Shown here: positions 40,436 to 50,237 of the stretch, in pieces
Layout of the letters: the number at the start of each line of letters is the position of its first letter
How positions within the stretch are numbered: position 1 is the first letter of the stretch
Translations under genes and position numbers: made by a program
Notes under the pieces: generated by a model
What the model saw: the letters and a program-made list of their open reading frames with translations, nothing else
Database searches by the model: none
Told to the model about the DNA's origin: nothing
DNA from: an uncultured bacterium
Lineage (GTDB): Bacteria > Acidobacteriota > HRBIN11 > JAKEFK01
Length of the DNA: 64,000 nucleotides
Direction: 5' to 3'
NCBI GenBank assembly: GCA_963777505.1
Contig: CAVZQN010000008.1
Span: 256,001-320,000 of the forward strand

Positions 40436-42349
40436 TTATTTATAACTCCGTTGTGTGAGCGGAACATATTCAAATTTCAATTCCTCTTTATGCATAGTTG
40501 GAGATTTGGTTGATCCTTGATACTCCCATGCAGCTACATGACAAAACTGGTCGTCATTCCGAAGAGCTTCGCCTTCCGGTGTTTGAAATTCTTCGCGGAA
40601 ATGTCCACCACACGATTCTTTACGTTGAAGCGCATCCAGACACATTAATTCGGCAAGTTCAAAAAAGTCTGCAACACGTCCCGCTTTTTCCAGCGATTGA
40701 TTCATCTCTTCATTCGATCCCAAAACATTTACATCTCGCCAGAATTCTTCACGCAGCTCCGGAATTTTACCCAAAGCTAACTTCAATCCTTTTTCGTTCC
40801 GGGCCATACCACAATGGTCCCACATCAATTTACCAAGTTCACGATGAAAATCATCAACTGTGCGTTTACCGCGAGTGTTTAGCAATTTCTGTGTCAGTTC
40901 CTGAATCTGTTGTTCATTTTGTTTGAACGCGGAATGAGAAGAATCCGCCTTTTCCAACTTTGTATTCGCAAGATAATCACCGATTGTATAAGGAAGAATA
41001 AAGTATCCATCAGCAAGTCCTTGCATTAGCGCGCTTGCTCCAAGACGATTGGCTCCGTGGTCAGAAAAATTTGCTTCCCCAATGACGTACAATCCTGGAA
41101 GCGTACTCATTAAGTTGTAATCGACCCATAAGCCGCCCATTGTGTAATGAATTGCGGGAAAAATACGCATTGGGACTTTATAGGGATTTTCATCAGTGAT
41201 CCGCTCATACATATCGAAAAGATTTCCGTAGCGTTCTCTAATTGCAGCTTCACCGAGTCGTTGGATCGCATCGGCAAAATCAAGATAAACACCAAAGCCA
41301 GTTTCACCAACTCCACGTCCTTCATCGCAAACATCTTTTGCATTGCGTGATGCAACATCTCGCGGCACAAGGTTTCCGAAGCTTGGATATTTTCGTTCGA
41401 GAAAATAATCTCGTTCTTGTTCAGGAATTTGGCTTGGTGGACGCTTATCCCCTTTTTGTTTTGGGACCCATATCCTGCCGTCATTGCGCAATGATTCACT
41501 CATCAATGTGAGTTTGGATTGATATTCACCTGAAACTGGAATGCAGGTTGGATGAATTTGAGTAAAGCACGGATTTCCAAAAATTGCGCCTTTCTTGTAA
41601 GCGCGCCAGATTGCGGTTGTATTGCAACCTTTTGCGTTTGTGGAAAGATAAAAAACGTTTCCATATCCCCCTGTCCCAAGTACAACGGCATCACCGACAT
41701 GAGATTCAATTTTGCCTGTTACAAGATCACGGCTGATAATTCCACGCGCTTTACCATCGATTACAACAAGATCCAACATTTCAGTTCTTGGATACATTTT
41801 CACTTTGCCCAATCCGATCTGACGGCAAAGTGCTTGATACGCACCAAGAAGCAGTTGTTGTCCAGTTTGACCGCGCGCATAAAATGTTCGTGACACCTGC
41901 GCGCCTCCAAAAGAACGATTCGCCAATAATCCACCATATTCTCGCGCGAATGGAACACCCTGCGCCGCACACTGGTCTATGATGCTTACACTAATCTGAG
42001 CGAGTCTATATACGTTCGCTTCTCTTGCGCGAAAGTCTCCCCCCTTTACAGTGTCGTAAAACAATCGATAAATAGAATCGCCATCGTTCTGATAATTTTT
42101 CGCAGCATTGATGCCGCCTTGTGCGGCGATACTGTGTGCGCGCCTTGGACTATCTTGATAACAAAAACATTTAACGGCGTATCCCAATTCGGCAAGTGAA
42201 GCAGCGGCAGAAGCGCCTGCCAGACCGCTTCCAACAACAATGACTGTGTACTTACGTTTGTTTGCAGGATTTACAAGCTTCAAATCAAATCGATGTTTGT
42301 CCCATTTGTCTTGAATGATTCCGGAAGGTACTTTTGACTTCAAATCCAT
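40436..42349 (-). CDS. sdhA: Succinate dehydrogenase/fumarate reductase flavoprotein
   Basis: [41 protein letters not shown]. Confidence 0.97.
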   Translation of the reverse strand: MDLKSKVPSGIIQDKWDKHRFDLKLVNPANKRKYTVIVVGSGLAGASAAASLAELGYAVKCFCYQDSPRRAHSIAAQGGINAAKNYQNDGDSIYRLFYDTVKGGDFRAREANVYRLAQISVSIIDQCAAQGVPFAREYGGLLANRSFGGAQVSRTFYARGQTGQQLLLGAYQALCRQIGLGKVKMYPRTEMLDLVVIDGKARGIISRDLVTGKIESHVGDAVVLGTGGYGNVFYLSTNAKGCNTTAIWRAYKKGAIFGNPCFTQIHPTCIPVSGEYQSKLTLMSESLRNDGRIWVPKQKGDKRPPSQIPEQERDYFLERKYPSFGNLVPRDVASRNAKDVCDEGRGVGETGFGVYLDFADAIQRLGEAAIRERYGNLFDMYERITDENPYKVPMRIFPAIHYTMGGLWVDYNLMSTLPGLYVIGEANFSDHGANRLGASALMQGLADGYFILPYTIGDYLANTKLEKADSSHSAFKQNEQQIQELTQKLLNTRGKRTVDDFHRELGKLMWDHCGMARNEKGLKLALGKIPELREEFWRDVNVLGSNEEMNQSLEKAGRVADFFELAELMCLDALQRKESCGGHFREEFQTPEGEALRNDDQFCHVAAWEYQGSTKSPTMHKEELKFEYVPLTQRSYK

Positions 42350-42362
42350 TCGTTATCCTGCA

Positions 42363-43028
42363 TCAACGTATGTAACCGGTTAGTACTGCAATTGGAATAG
42401 AAATATTGACAAGTGCAATCACAATTGCCGAGATGGCTGAAAATCGATGAAGCAATTGATTGTAAGAAAGATTATTCAAACTCAGAGTCTGAAACATACT
42501 CCAAATTCCATGATACAAATGAAGTGCCAAGGCAATCATCGCTACGATATAAAAAGCCGATACATACCAAACCTTAAATCCGCTCACAAGATTTGCGTAT
42601 ACATCACCATGTTGAAAATTCGGATGAGCATTGCCAAATGTTAAATGCATCAGATGATACACAATGAAAAACAACAGGATCGGCCCGCTCCAACGCATTG
42701 TACGTGAAGCATAGTCGGAGCCTCGAGGCACCCAGCGTTTATAATTTTCGGTCCGATTTTTAAGGCTTAGTCGTGAAAGTTGATACGCTGCAACAATATG
42801 CAGCACGACAGCTACAAGTAAAGTTAATCTGGCTAAGTAAAGAAGGGGTCCAAGTTTTCTAAGAGCGACTGCGTAGGAATTAAGAGCTTCAGCTCCACCT
42901 AGAAAAGGAAAGGCTTGAAGATTTCCAATCATGTGGCCGATAACAAAACCAAATCCGATAAAGCCTGTGATTGCCATCACGACTTTTTTTCCGATGGTCG
43001 ATTGATATACAGCCGCAACTGAGATCAA
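42363..43028 (-). CDS. sdhC: Succinate dehydrogenase cytochrome b subunit (5-TM, b558 type)
   Basis: STIGKKVVMAITG, conserved His in TMs, HLYHGIWSMFQTL; first gene of sdhCAB. Confidence 0.93.
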   Translation of the reverse strand: MISVAAVYQSTIGKKVVMAITGFIGFGFVIGHMIGNLQAFPFLGGAEALNSYAVALRKLGPLLYLARLTLLVAVVLHIVAAYQLSRLSLKNRTENYKRWVPRGSDYASRTMRWSGPILLFFIVYHLMHLTFGNAHPNFQHGDVYANLVSGFKVWYVSAFYIVAMIALALHLYHGIWSMFQTLSLNNLSYNQLLHRFSAISAIVIALVNISIPIAVLTGYIR

Positions 43029-43195
43029 CGCTAACTCCAGAATGTCAGAGGTACTTAGCTTTACTGCACTTTCTATGCAAAAATGTGGTCGGGTTAAGAG
43101 AAAATGTTAATCGGTTTGGGGTTTAACCGCAACCCAATAAGGGGTACACGAACAATTTTTGTCTCTAGAAAAAAGTGTCTCGTCGAGAGAGGCTG

Positions 43196-43211
43196 TGGCA
43201 CTGAGTTTGCT
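43196..43211 (+). promoter_or_regulatory. sigma54 (-24/-12) promoter
   Basis: TGGCACTGAGTTTGCT = GG-N10-GC, just upstream of GGAGGG RBS and TTG 43237. Confidence 0.75.
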
Positions 43212-43236
43212 TTACGAAATAATCCGGAGGGTTCAT

Positions 43237-44934
43237 TTGCGATCTACTGTAACTATTTTTGTTGTCTCTGCGATTTTTCTCTTTGCGTTTGGAATCTCAA
43301 ACGCAGGTGCTCAAACAATTACAATCACCGAAATTGCTAACAATTTGGTTCGCCCTATTGCAATTGCAAATGCAGGAGACAACTCCGGGCGTCTCTTCAT
43401 CGTCCAGCAAAGCGGACAAATTCTTATTCACGATGGCACTCAAGTATTAGGAACGCCTTTTCTAGATATTTCCGCGTTGATTTCTTGCTGCGGTGAACGA
43501 GGCCTGCTCAGTGTAGCATTTCATCCTAATTATGAAAGTAATGGCTTCTTTTATGTTTTTTATACGGCTGGATCTCCAAATACTGGAGATTTGAAAATCG
43601 ATCGTTTTACGGTTTCTGGAAATCCGAATATTGCAAACCCAATGTCACGGCAGCCGATCATAAGCATTGATCATTCGGATCACGGTAATCACAATGGCGG
43701 CCAGCTTAAATTTGGTCCGGATGGAATGCTTTATGCCTCGACTGGTGATGGTGGAGGAAGTGGGGATCCGAATGAGAATGGACAAAACATCAATACACTT
43801 CTTGGAAAAATTCTGCGCTTGAATGTAAGTACCTTGCCTTACACAAATCCAGGCGACAACCCATTTGTTGGTCAAGCAGGTGCTGATGAAATCTGGGCCT
43901 ACGGCTTGAGAAATCCGTGGCGATTTACTTTTGATCGTGTGACTGGAGACATGTTTATTGGCGATGTTGGTCAAGGCTGTTATGAAGAAGTAAGTCAACA
44001 GCCCGCTAGCAGTAATGGTGGTGAGAATTATGGCTGGGACGAATTAGAAGGAAACAAGTGTTACGACGATCTTGGAGGAAGTAATTGCAATCTTCCGCCT
44101 ACATGTAACTTCGCAAATAAGGTCATGCCCATCTTTACTTATGCTCATGCAGACAATCCTGCTTATCAAGCTGTAACAGGTGGTTATGTCTATCGCGGAG
44201 TTGGAAGTCCAGCTTTAGCTGGAAAGTATATTTACGCAGATTATGGTTCAGGTCATCTTTGGGCGGCAACAAAAACCGGTGGAAATTGGACGACACAATT
44301 GTTGGAAGATACTCCCTACTTTATTAGTAGTTTCGGAGAAGCTGAAAACGGCGAAATTTATTTTGCTCATAATAGTGATATTGATGGCAGAGTGTTTCAC
44401 ATCAGCGCAGCACCTGAACTTCCATATATCGATAATTTTTCAGATGGCGATGCCAGTGATTGGACTGTTGTAAAAGGAAACTGGGCGGTGGTCAGCGAAA
44501 ATCTGCAAGGGGAACACACTAAAAAAGCTGAAGTGATATCTCCTTTTAGTGGATGTGGAGATTGCACAATCGACACTGATGTCCAGGTAATTACACCAGG
44601 CGCCCGTGTTTCTTTAATTGGTTGGTATCAAGGAAAACGAGATCTTGTTGAACTAATTGTTTATGAAGAACAAAACAAGATCGTTTTGAAACAAAAATCC
44701 AATCAGGCAACTGTCGCAAAGAAAAAAGCCGAAGTGATCGTAAATCCGGGTGTAGATTATCACGTAAAAATTGACTTTGATGGTTCGGTATTTACAGTTT
44801 TTTGGGACGGAGGTATGACGCCTGTAATTACATTGAACTCACAAGCTCCTTCTGTAGGAAGTGTGGGGTTCAGAGTGAAGTCTACGACTAAAACAAGCGT
44901 CACAGGGAGTTTCCGCGAAATTGCGGTAAATTGA
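43237..44934 (+). CDS. Exported PQQ-dependent sugar dehydrogenase (GSDH beta-propeller) with extra C-terminal beta-sandwich domain
   Basis: Signal peptide; GERGLLSVAFHP, NHNGGQLKFGPDG, YGLRNPWR, GDVGQ, NYGW. Confidence 0.88.
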   Translation: MRSTVTIFVVSAIFLFAFGISNAGAQTITITEIANNLVRPIAIANAGDNSGRLFIVQQSGQILIHDGTQVLGTPFLDISALISCCGERGLLSVAFHPNYESNGFFYVFYTAGSPNTGDLKIDRFTVSGNPNIANPMSRQPIISIDHSDHGNHNGGQLKFGPDGMLYASTGDGGGSGDPNENGQNINTLLGKILRLNVSTLPYTNPGDNPFVGQAGADEIWAYGLRNPWRFTFDRVTGDMFIGDVGQGCYEEVSQQPASSNGGENYGWDELEGNKCYDDLGGSNCNLPPTCNFANKVMPIFTYAHADNPAYQAVTGGYVYRGVGSPALAGKYIYADYGSGHLWAATKTGGNWTTQLLEDTPYFISSFGEAENGEIYFAHNSDIDGRVFHISAAPELPYIDNFSDGDASDWTVVKGNWAVVSENLQGEHTKKAEVISPFSGCGDCTIDTDVQVITPGARVSLIGWYQGKRDLVELIVYEEQNKIVLKQKSNQATVAKKKAEVIVNPGVDYHVKIDFDGSVFTVFWDGGMTPVITLNSQAPSVGSVGFRVKSTTKTSVTGSFREIAVN

Positions 44935-45004
44935 TTCTAAAGTATTAGTGAGGAGAATAAGGGGATTAGGCGGATTCGGAGGGGGTCTCGGAATCCGTTA
45001 TAGT

Positions 45005-45050
45005 GGCCCGATCGGCGTTCAGGGGCGCGTATCGGGCCCTTTATTTTTTT
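45005..45050 (+). terminator. Rho-independent terminator
   Basis: GGCCCGAT..ATCGGGCC stem followed by a T-rich tract. Confidence 0.7.
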
Positions 45051-45149
45051 CTAAAAACATTTTTCTCTGAAACGTTCCGAGTAGCACTTTTTGTCAGCTC
45101 CAGGGTAGAAAACTGTCATTGCAGGTTTGTTCCACCTCGACTGACATCG

Positions 45150-45165
45150 TGGCATTAGGTTTGCT
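45150..45165 (+). promoter_or_regulatory. sigma54 (-24/-12) promoter
   Basis: TGGCATTAGGTTTGCT = GG-N10-GC, upstream of AGGAGG and ATG 45194. Confidence 0.7.
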
Positions 45166-45193
45166 CAGTAAAAGCCTGTCCAGGAGGTCCCGC

Positions 45194-46909
45194 ATGGGAA
45201 TATTGAGGACTCACCCTTATTCTGTTGCAAAAATTGCTGTATTTTTTGCATTTTTTGCCGCGATCTTTTGTTTTGCATTCGTCAGCGATGTTTTTGCAGC
45301 TGACTCAAAAAGAAATAACCGTCAAAGAACCGAAGAGCCAAGCATTGCTTCACCCACCAAGATATTTACGGGCAGAGCTCCGCTTCCAGCTCCAACCGGT
45401 GCAGTTCCTTTGATTGACGCAACATCAGCCGTAGAACCGATTACGATCGAAGGCGGTCATGTGCTTCGAAGAATTGGTTTTGGGCCTAACAAAAAGGATC
45501 TCAAGAACTACAAAAAGAAAGGCTTCAGCAGCTATATCAATGAACAGTTGAATCCGGGATCCATCAATGATTCTAAAGCCGATAAAAAACTGCCGAAGAT
45601 ACCAAATAACGAGGACAATATCCTTGATTCCGATATGATCCGGCGTTGGTATATTCGAATGATTTTTACTCGCCGTGTTCTTTTGGAAAAGATGACCCTT
45701 GTTTGGCACGAACATTTCTCCACATCACAGGAAAAAGTTTTATCTGGTGCGCTGATGCTGGAGCATGAAAATAATTTGCGTGCGTATGCGCTAGGAAACT
45801 TTCGCGATTTCCTTATTAAGATGTCACAAGACCAGGCGATGTTGATCTGGCTGGATAACAATAATAATCGCGGGGATCTTTACGACATACCAACAGATAT
45901 AGGCAGCAAGCCTAATGAAAATTATGCACGCGAATTTCTTCAATTATTTTCAACGGGTACTACTTTATTAAACATTGACGGCACTCCAATTCTTGACGGT
46001 GTCGGTAACCCTGTGCCGGCCTACACCGAAGAAGATATTCTTCACGTATCTCTGGCAATGAGTGGATGGGCTACTCCATGGCCGCGACGATTCAACAATG
46101 TCGAATTCCGGTCATGTATCCACAATGATGACACCAAAACTTTGTTCACAACTGATCCTCAAGGTGGAATCGTCATTCCAGGACATGCGGAATGTAATCC
46201 TGCAGGTGAAGATGAAACTACAGCCGTTGTTGATGCAGTTCTGACGCGTCGCGCAGACACAGTTGCAGCATTTATTTCAAAAATGCTGATTCAAAAGCTT
46301 GTGACTGAAACGCCGTCACCTGCATATGTTGCAGCAGTTGCAACAGTTTTTCGTGACACAGGTTGGAATATTAAGGAAGCAGTTCGCACAATTCTCACTT
46401 ACTCTTCCGATGGTGTTGGTGGAACGCCTGAAATTCTGAAAGCTGAAAATATTCGTTCCATGCATAAGGAACCAATTGAATATGTAATCGGTGCCGTTCG
46501 AGCTTTCAATGCTAAAACCAAGGATTATGAAATGCTTGATTGGACCTTTGATATGGGTCAACTCGCATATTGGCCTCCATCAGTTTTCAGTTTTTACCCA
46601 CCCGGAAACAAAGGAGCTTTAGTCAGCACGGCGTATGTATTTATTCGCGACAGAGTTGCTGATGAATATGTTCGGGGCTGGTCAGACACGTATATTCAGA
46701 TCGAAAAATTGATGTCGAAATTTAATCTAGACACAGCTGAAGATGCAGTGGCTTACCTTGAAACTCAAATGCTGGCTCATCCAATTTCGGAACCCAATAG
46801 AACTACCTTGCTGAATTATGCAGGAGGTCCTACTGCACAGATGGATGAAACAACACTTCGAGGTTTAATCTGGATGGTTATGTGCTCGCCGGATTATCAG
46901 AGGAACTAA
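45194..46909 (+). CDS. DUF1800 family protein, exported
   Basis: HVLRRIGFG, LEKMTLVWHEHF, MLIWLDN, PNENYAREFLQLF, SPDYQ; precedes DUF1501. Confidence 0.9.
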   Translation: MGILRTHPYSVAKIAVFFAFFAAIFCFAFVSDVFAADSKRNNRQRTEEPSIASPTKIFTGRAPLPAPTGAVPLIDATSAVEPITIEGGHVLRRIGFGPNKKDLKNYKKKGFSSYINEQLNPGSINDSKADKKLPKIPNNEDNILDSDMIRRWYIRMIFTRRVLLEKMTLVWHEHFSTSQEKVLSGALMLEHENNLRAYALGNFRDFLIKMSQDQAMLIWLDNNNNRGDLYDIPTDIGSKPNENYAREFLQLFSTGTTLLNIDGTPILDGVGNPVPAYTEEDILHVSLAMSGWATPWPRRFNNVEFRSCIHNDDTKTLFTTDPQGGIVIPGHAECNPAGEDETTAVVDAVLTRRADTVAAFISKMLIQKLVTETPSPAYVAAVATVFRDTGWNIKEAVRTILTYSSDGVGGTPEILKAENIRSMHKEPIEYVIGAVRAFNAKTKDYEMLDWTFDMGQLAYWPPSVFSFYPPGNKGALVSTAYVFIRDRVADEYVRGWSDTYIQIEKLMSKFNLDTAEDAVAYLETQMLAHPISEPNRTTLLNYAGGPTAQMDETTLRGLIWMVMCSPDYQRN

Positions 46910-46921
46910 GGGAGAATAACG

Positions 46922-48247
46922 ATGAAAAAATACACAAGACGAGACTTCGTTAAAAGTGCGGCACTCGCTGCAGCGGGATTAAGTCTTCGAAATCCAGTAA
47001 TTGAAGCGGCTGCTAAAACTGCAAGAAAAGCTGTTGCTCCCGGGATCGTATCAGCTAACGAAAAAGTGGTTGTTGTCATCAATTTGTTCGGTGGAAATGA
47101 CGGCCTTAATACAGTCGTTCCAATTGCCCCTGCAAGTGTGTACAACGAATATCTCGCATTGAGACCAATTTCAGGTCTGGGGTTTGATTTATCTGAAGTT
47201 TTACCGCTGACTGGAGTAACGAACTATGGCCTACGACCCCATATGCAAGCTTTCCAGACATTATTTAACTCTGGAAATCTTTCAATCATTAATGGCGTAG
47301 GAGTTCCTCTGAACGCAATCCGAAAATATGATCACGATGCGCAGCAAAATACATTTCAAAGCTGTAATACGGGATCTGGTGGATTGCAGGTACCCTCCGG
47401 TTGGATGGGTCGCTATTGTGATGCTGCCCCATTAGGTGCAATTCCTCCAGGAATCGACCTCGGTGGCGGACGACTAATGGTGAGCGGACAGGTTCGTCAA
47501 CCAGTCAGTATTTACACCCTGGATGATTTTCAGCTTCAAATTTCAGTAGGGAATCCAGAATACAGCATGAGACTTGCCACCTATGAAGCCATTATGAACA
47601 CTCCGGTTCCAGAAGGTGGCGTCGGTGAACAAAATCGATTGTATCGCGTTGAAGCGATGGCGCAGTCTGAAGCGATTTTTGAAGCGATTGAAGGATATCC
47701 AACTCCACAAGCAGGACAACCCGGATCGCCATATAAAAATACGTGGCTTGCTAGACAGCTTCAAGAAGCAGCGAAATTAATTTATGGAAATATAGGCGCA
47801 CAATGTATGGCACTTGGGATTGGAGGATTCGATTCACATAGTGCTCAGGAAGCTCTTGTTGGAAACCCACCGATGCCATGGCATGGGTATTTGATGAATC
47901 GCGTGGCCGAATCAGTTAAAGCAATGTTTGATGATTTAACAACGCTTGGACTTGCGAATCGTGTACTGATACTCACGATTTCAGAATTCGGAAGAACTCC
48001 TTGGGAAAACATCGATGGCGGAACAGATCATGGAATCGCATCCTCAGCTTTCGTTGTAGGAACCACTGCGAACATAAATGGGGGGATCTATGGGACCTAT
48101 CCAAGTTTGACTAATTTTGGAAATGAGGATGGTCTCTTAACGTCTGTTGACTTCAGATCGGTGTATTCAACCATCGTAGCCAACTTTTTGAATGCAGATC
48201 CAAATCCAGTGTGCGGCGGAAATTTCCCACTCCTTACATTTTGTTAG
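46922..48247 (+). CDS. DUF1501 family protein with Tat signal
   Basis: TRRDFVK Tat motif; GGNDGLNTVVP, GGFDSH, SEFGRT..N..GGTDHG, VDFRSVY. Confidence 0.92.
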   Translation: MKKYTRRDFVKSAALAAAGLSLRNPVIEAAAKTARKAVAPGIVSANEKVVVVINLFGGNDGLNTVVPIAPASVYNEYLALRPISGLGFDLSEVLPLTGVTNYGLRPHMQAFQTLFNSGNLSIINGVGVPLNAIRKYDHDAQQNTFQSCNTGSGGLQVPSGWMGRYCDAAPLGAIPPGIDLGGGRLMVSGQVRQPVSIYTLDDFQLQISVGNPEYSMRLATYEAIMNTPVPEGGVGEQNRLYRVEAMAQSEAIFEAIEGYPTPQAGQPGSPYKNTWLARQLQEAAKLIYGNIGAQCMALGIGGFDSHSAQEALVGNPPMPWHGYLMNRVAESVKAMFDDLTTLGLANRVLILTISEFGRTPWENIDGGTDHGIASSAFVVGTTANINGGIYGTYPSLTNFGNEDGLLTSVDFRSVYSTIVANFLNADPNPVCGGNFPLLTFC

Positions 48248-48308
48248 CAAAAATATCATGGAGGGGGCTCTATGATAATCCTGCGTGAGGAGCGGTGGCT
48301 TCCGCTCC

Positions 48309-48707
48309 TCACCAGGAGATCAGCTTCTCTCTGACCTCTGGTGGCACCGGACTCGATTTCTTCTCTTTGTGATTGTAAAAAACTTGAATCGTTTTCCCAA
48401 TAGCAAACAATTCCGAAGATTCTGAGTTTTTGATTTCATAATCCCAGACAAAGCTGCTTTTGCCGATTGAAGATGTGCGAAGTCCAACCTCGATTTGATC
48501 CCCGAAATGCGCCGGTTTCTTGAAATCGCACTCCGCATGTACAACAATAAAATTCAAATCATACAAATCTTTACCGCCAAAAACTTTCAGCCAGAATTCC
48601 GTGCGGGCGGATTCCATGTACGTAAAATAACTTGCATTATTTACATGGCCCAGGACATCAATATCGCGGAATCGAACTGCAAAACAAATTGTGAATTGCT
48701 TGCTCAT
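48309..48707 (-). CDS. Acyl-CoA thioesterase (4HBT/YbgC hot-dog fold)
   Basis: [24 protein letters not shown]. Confidence 0.9.
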   Translation of the reverse strand: MSKQFTICFAVRFRDIDVLGHVNNASYFTYMESARTEFWLKVFGGKDLYDLNFIVVHAECDFKKPAHFGDQIEVGLRTSSIGKSSFVWDYEIKNSESSELFAIGKTIQVFYNHKEKKSSPVPPEVREKLISW

Positions 48708-49777
48708 TCAAATTGCATCCGCGAGCGAAGAAGTTTCATCAACTCCTCCCGCCGATCATAAAGACGTTTCAAAGGTCTGGGTTCATGTTTCGCAAGTGAA
48801 TATGCAGTTAAGATTGGAAGCGCAATCGTCGTGTCTACATAACACACGACAGAGCCAGGAAGTTTATCAGGATCCACTTTCCCCCATGAAACAGCTTCAC
48901 CTGGTGTTGCACCGGAAAGCCCGCCAGTATCAGGTCTTGCATCCGTAAATTGTAAGAAATAATCATGGCCCTTTTCTTCAATGCCAAGAACTTCCTGCAA
49001 CTGTGGCTCAGTTTGAAGTACAAAATTTTTTGGAGAACCGCCTCCAACTAACATTACCCCGCTCTTTCCGCCCGATGCTTTTGCGCTTAATACGATGGAT
49101 GCCGTTTCATTGACATCTATGTTCGGATCGATGACGAGTTTATTACCTTTCAGCGACATCGCAGCAATGTTCATTCCGATCGAACTATCGCCTGGTGAGG
49201 AAGTATAAATAGGAATTCCACACTGATAAGCTGTTGTCAAAATTGATTTATGCTGGCCCAGAGCTTTTTCCTTTTCCGCAACAAACTTTCCTGCCAAATA
49301 ATGAAATTCAGCAGTACCCATCGCCTTTTGAAATTCTTCCCCTTGAATAAGCTTTCTGTAAAATGCATCCGTGGAAAGCAAAACCTGATATTCAAAAAAG
49401 ATGTCATAAATCCGCACGATGCCTTCTGCGCGTAGTTTTACATCATCTACAAACGCACTTCCCTGATGTAGATCCAGGCCGATACCAAAATGCGTATCAT
49501 GGTAAACATTTGCGCCGGTACTAACAATCCAATCGATGAATCCTGCTTCCATTAATGGAATCAAACAAGACATTCCAACCCCTGCAGGGGTTAACGCGCC
49601 TGTCAAGCTCACACCAACAGTCACATCACTCTGAAGCATCCGTTCAGTAAACAACTGGCATCCTTCACGAAGACGCCCTGCGTTGTAAGACAAAAATGTT
49701 TGATCAACAAGATCAGAAAGCGGAATATTTTTTTCGATTTTTTTAGGGTGAATTTTCTTGCCGTGTAATTTGGCCAT
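48704..49777 (-). CDS. Deoxyhypusine synthase-family protein (likely homospermidine synthase, SpeY-like)
   Basis: [45 protein letters not shown] (catalytic Lys). Confidence 0.9.
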   Translation of the reverse strand: MAKLHGKKIHPKKIEKNIPLSDLVDQTFLSYNAGRLREGCQLFTERMLQSDVTVGVSLTGALTPAGVGMSCLIPLMEAGFIDWIVSTGANVYHDTHFGIGLDLHQGSAFVDDVKLRAEGIVRIYDIFFEYQVLLSTDAFYRKLIQGEEFQKAMGTAEFHYLAGKFVAEKEKALGQHKSILTTAYQCGIPIYTSSPGDSSIGMNIAAMSLKGNKLVIDPNIDVNETASIVLSAKASGGKSGVMLVGGGSPKNFVLQTEPQLQEVLGIEEKGHDYFLQFTDARPDTGGLSGATPGEAVSWGKVDPDKLPGSVVCYVDTTIALPILTAYSLAKHEPRPLKRLYDRREELMKLLRSRMQFE

Positions 49778-49850
49778 AAATGTATCCAATCAGGAATGTT
49801 GGGATCTAAACTCAACCGCAGGGCGGCTTAGTTTCGTTTTCAAATGGAAA

Positions 49851-50072
49851 TTAATTTTTGCAACCGCAAGAGCTCGGAGTACAGCAGCAACCACCTTTAT
49901 ATACAGGCAACGGTTCGTATTTTTGACCGGATGAATTTGCCATTCCGAAACGGGAAAATTGCTTGGTCAGAAGATCGCTTTTGCAGTTCGGGCAATTTAC
50001 ATCTTCGTTTCGCTGAACCAGCTTCTCAAATGTTTTGCTGCAATCATCGCAAACATATTCGTAAATCGGCAT
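49851..50072 (-). CDS. FmdB-family zinc-ribbon protein
   Basis: MPIYEYVCDDC..FE....CPNC; Cys-rich tail. Confidence 0.88.
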   Translation of the reverse strand: MPIYEYVCDDCSKTFEKLVQRNEDVNCPNCKSDLLTKQFSRFGMANSSGQKYEPLPVYKGGCCCTPSSCGCKN

Positions 50073-50203
50073 GAAGCCTCCGAACGGACATTATACTGTC
50101 AGAATAGAGCCCATGCTACAGCGGTAGCCCAACTGCCAGGAAGTGTCCACTAATTAGTACAGATCCAGATACGTAAATGCTTGTTAAATAAGAACATAGC
50201 AAA

Positions 50204-50219
50204 TGGCACGTACGTTGCT
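50204..50219 (+). promoter_or_regulatory. sigma54 (-24/-12) promoter
   Basis: TGGCACGTACGTTGCT, a perfect TGGCACG-N4-TTGC; IHF-like site (minus TAACAAGCATTTA) just upstream. Confidence 0.85.
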
Positions 50220-50237
50220 TAAATTGGAGTCGGAGGT

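Noticed and set aside
49812-49830. Possible twelfth copy of the 18-bp element (AACCGCAGGG)
   Set aside because: Only the first 8 bases match; not counted
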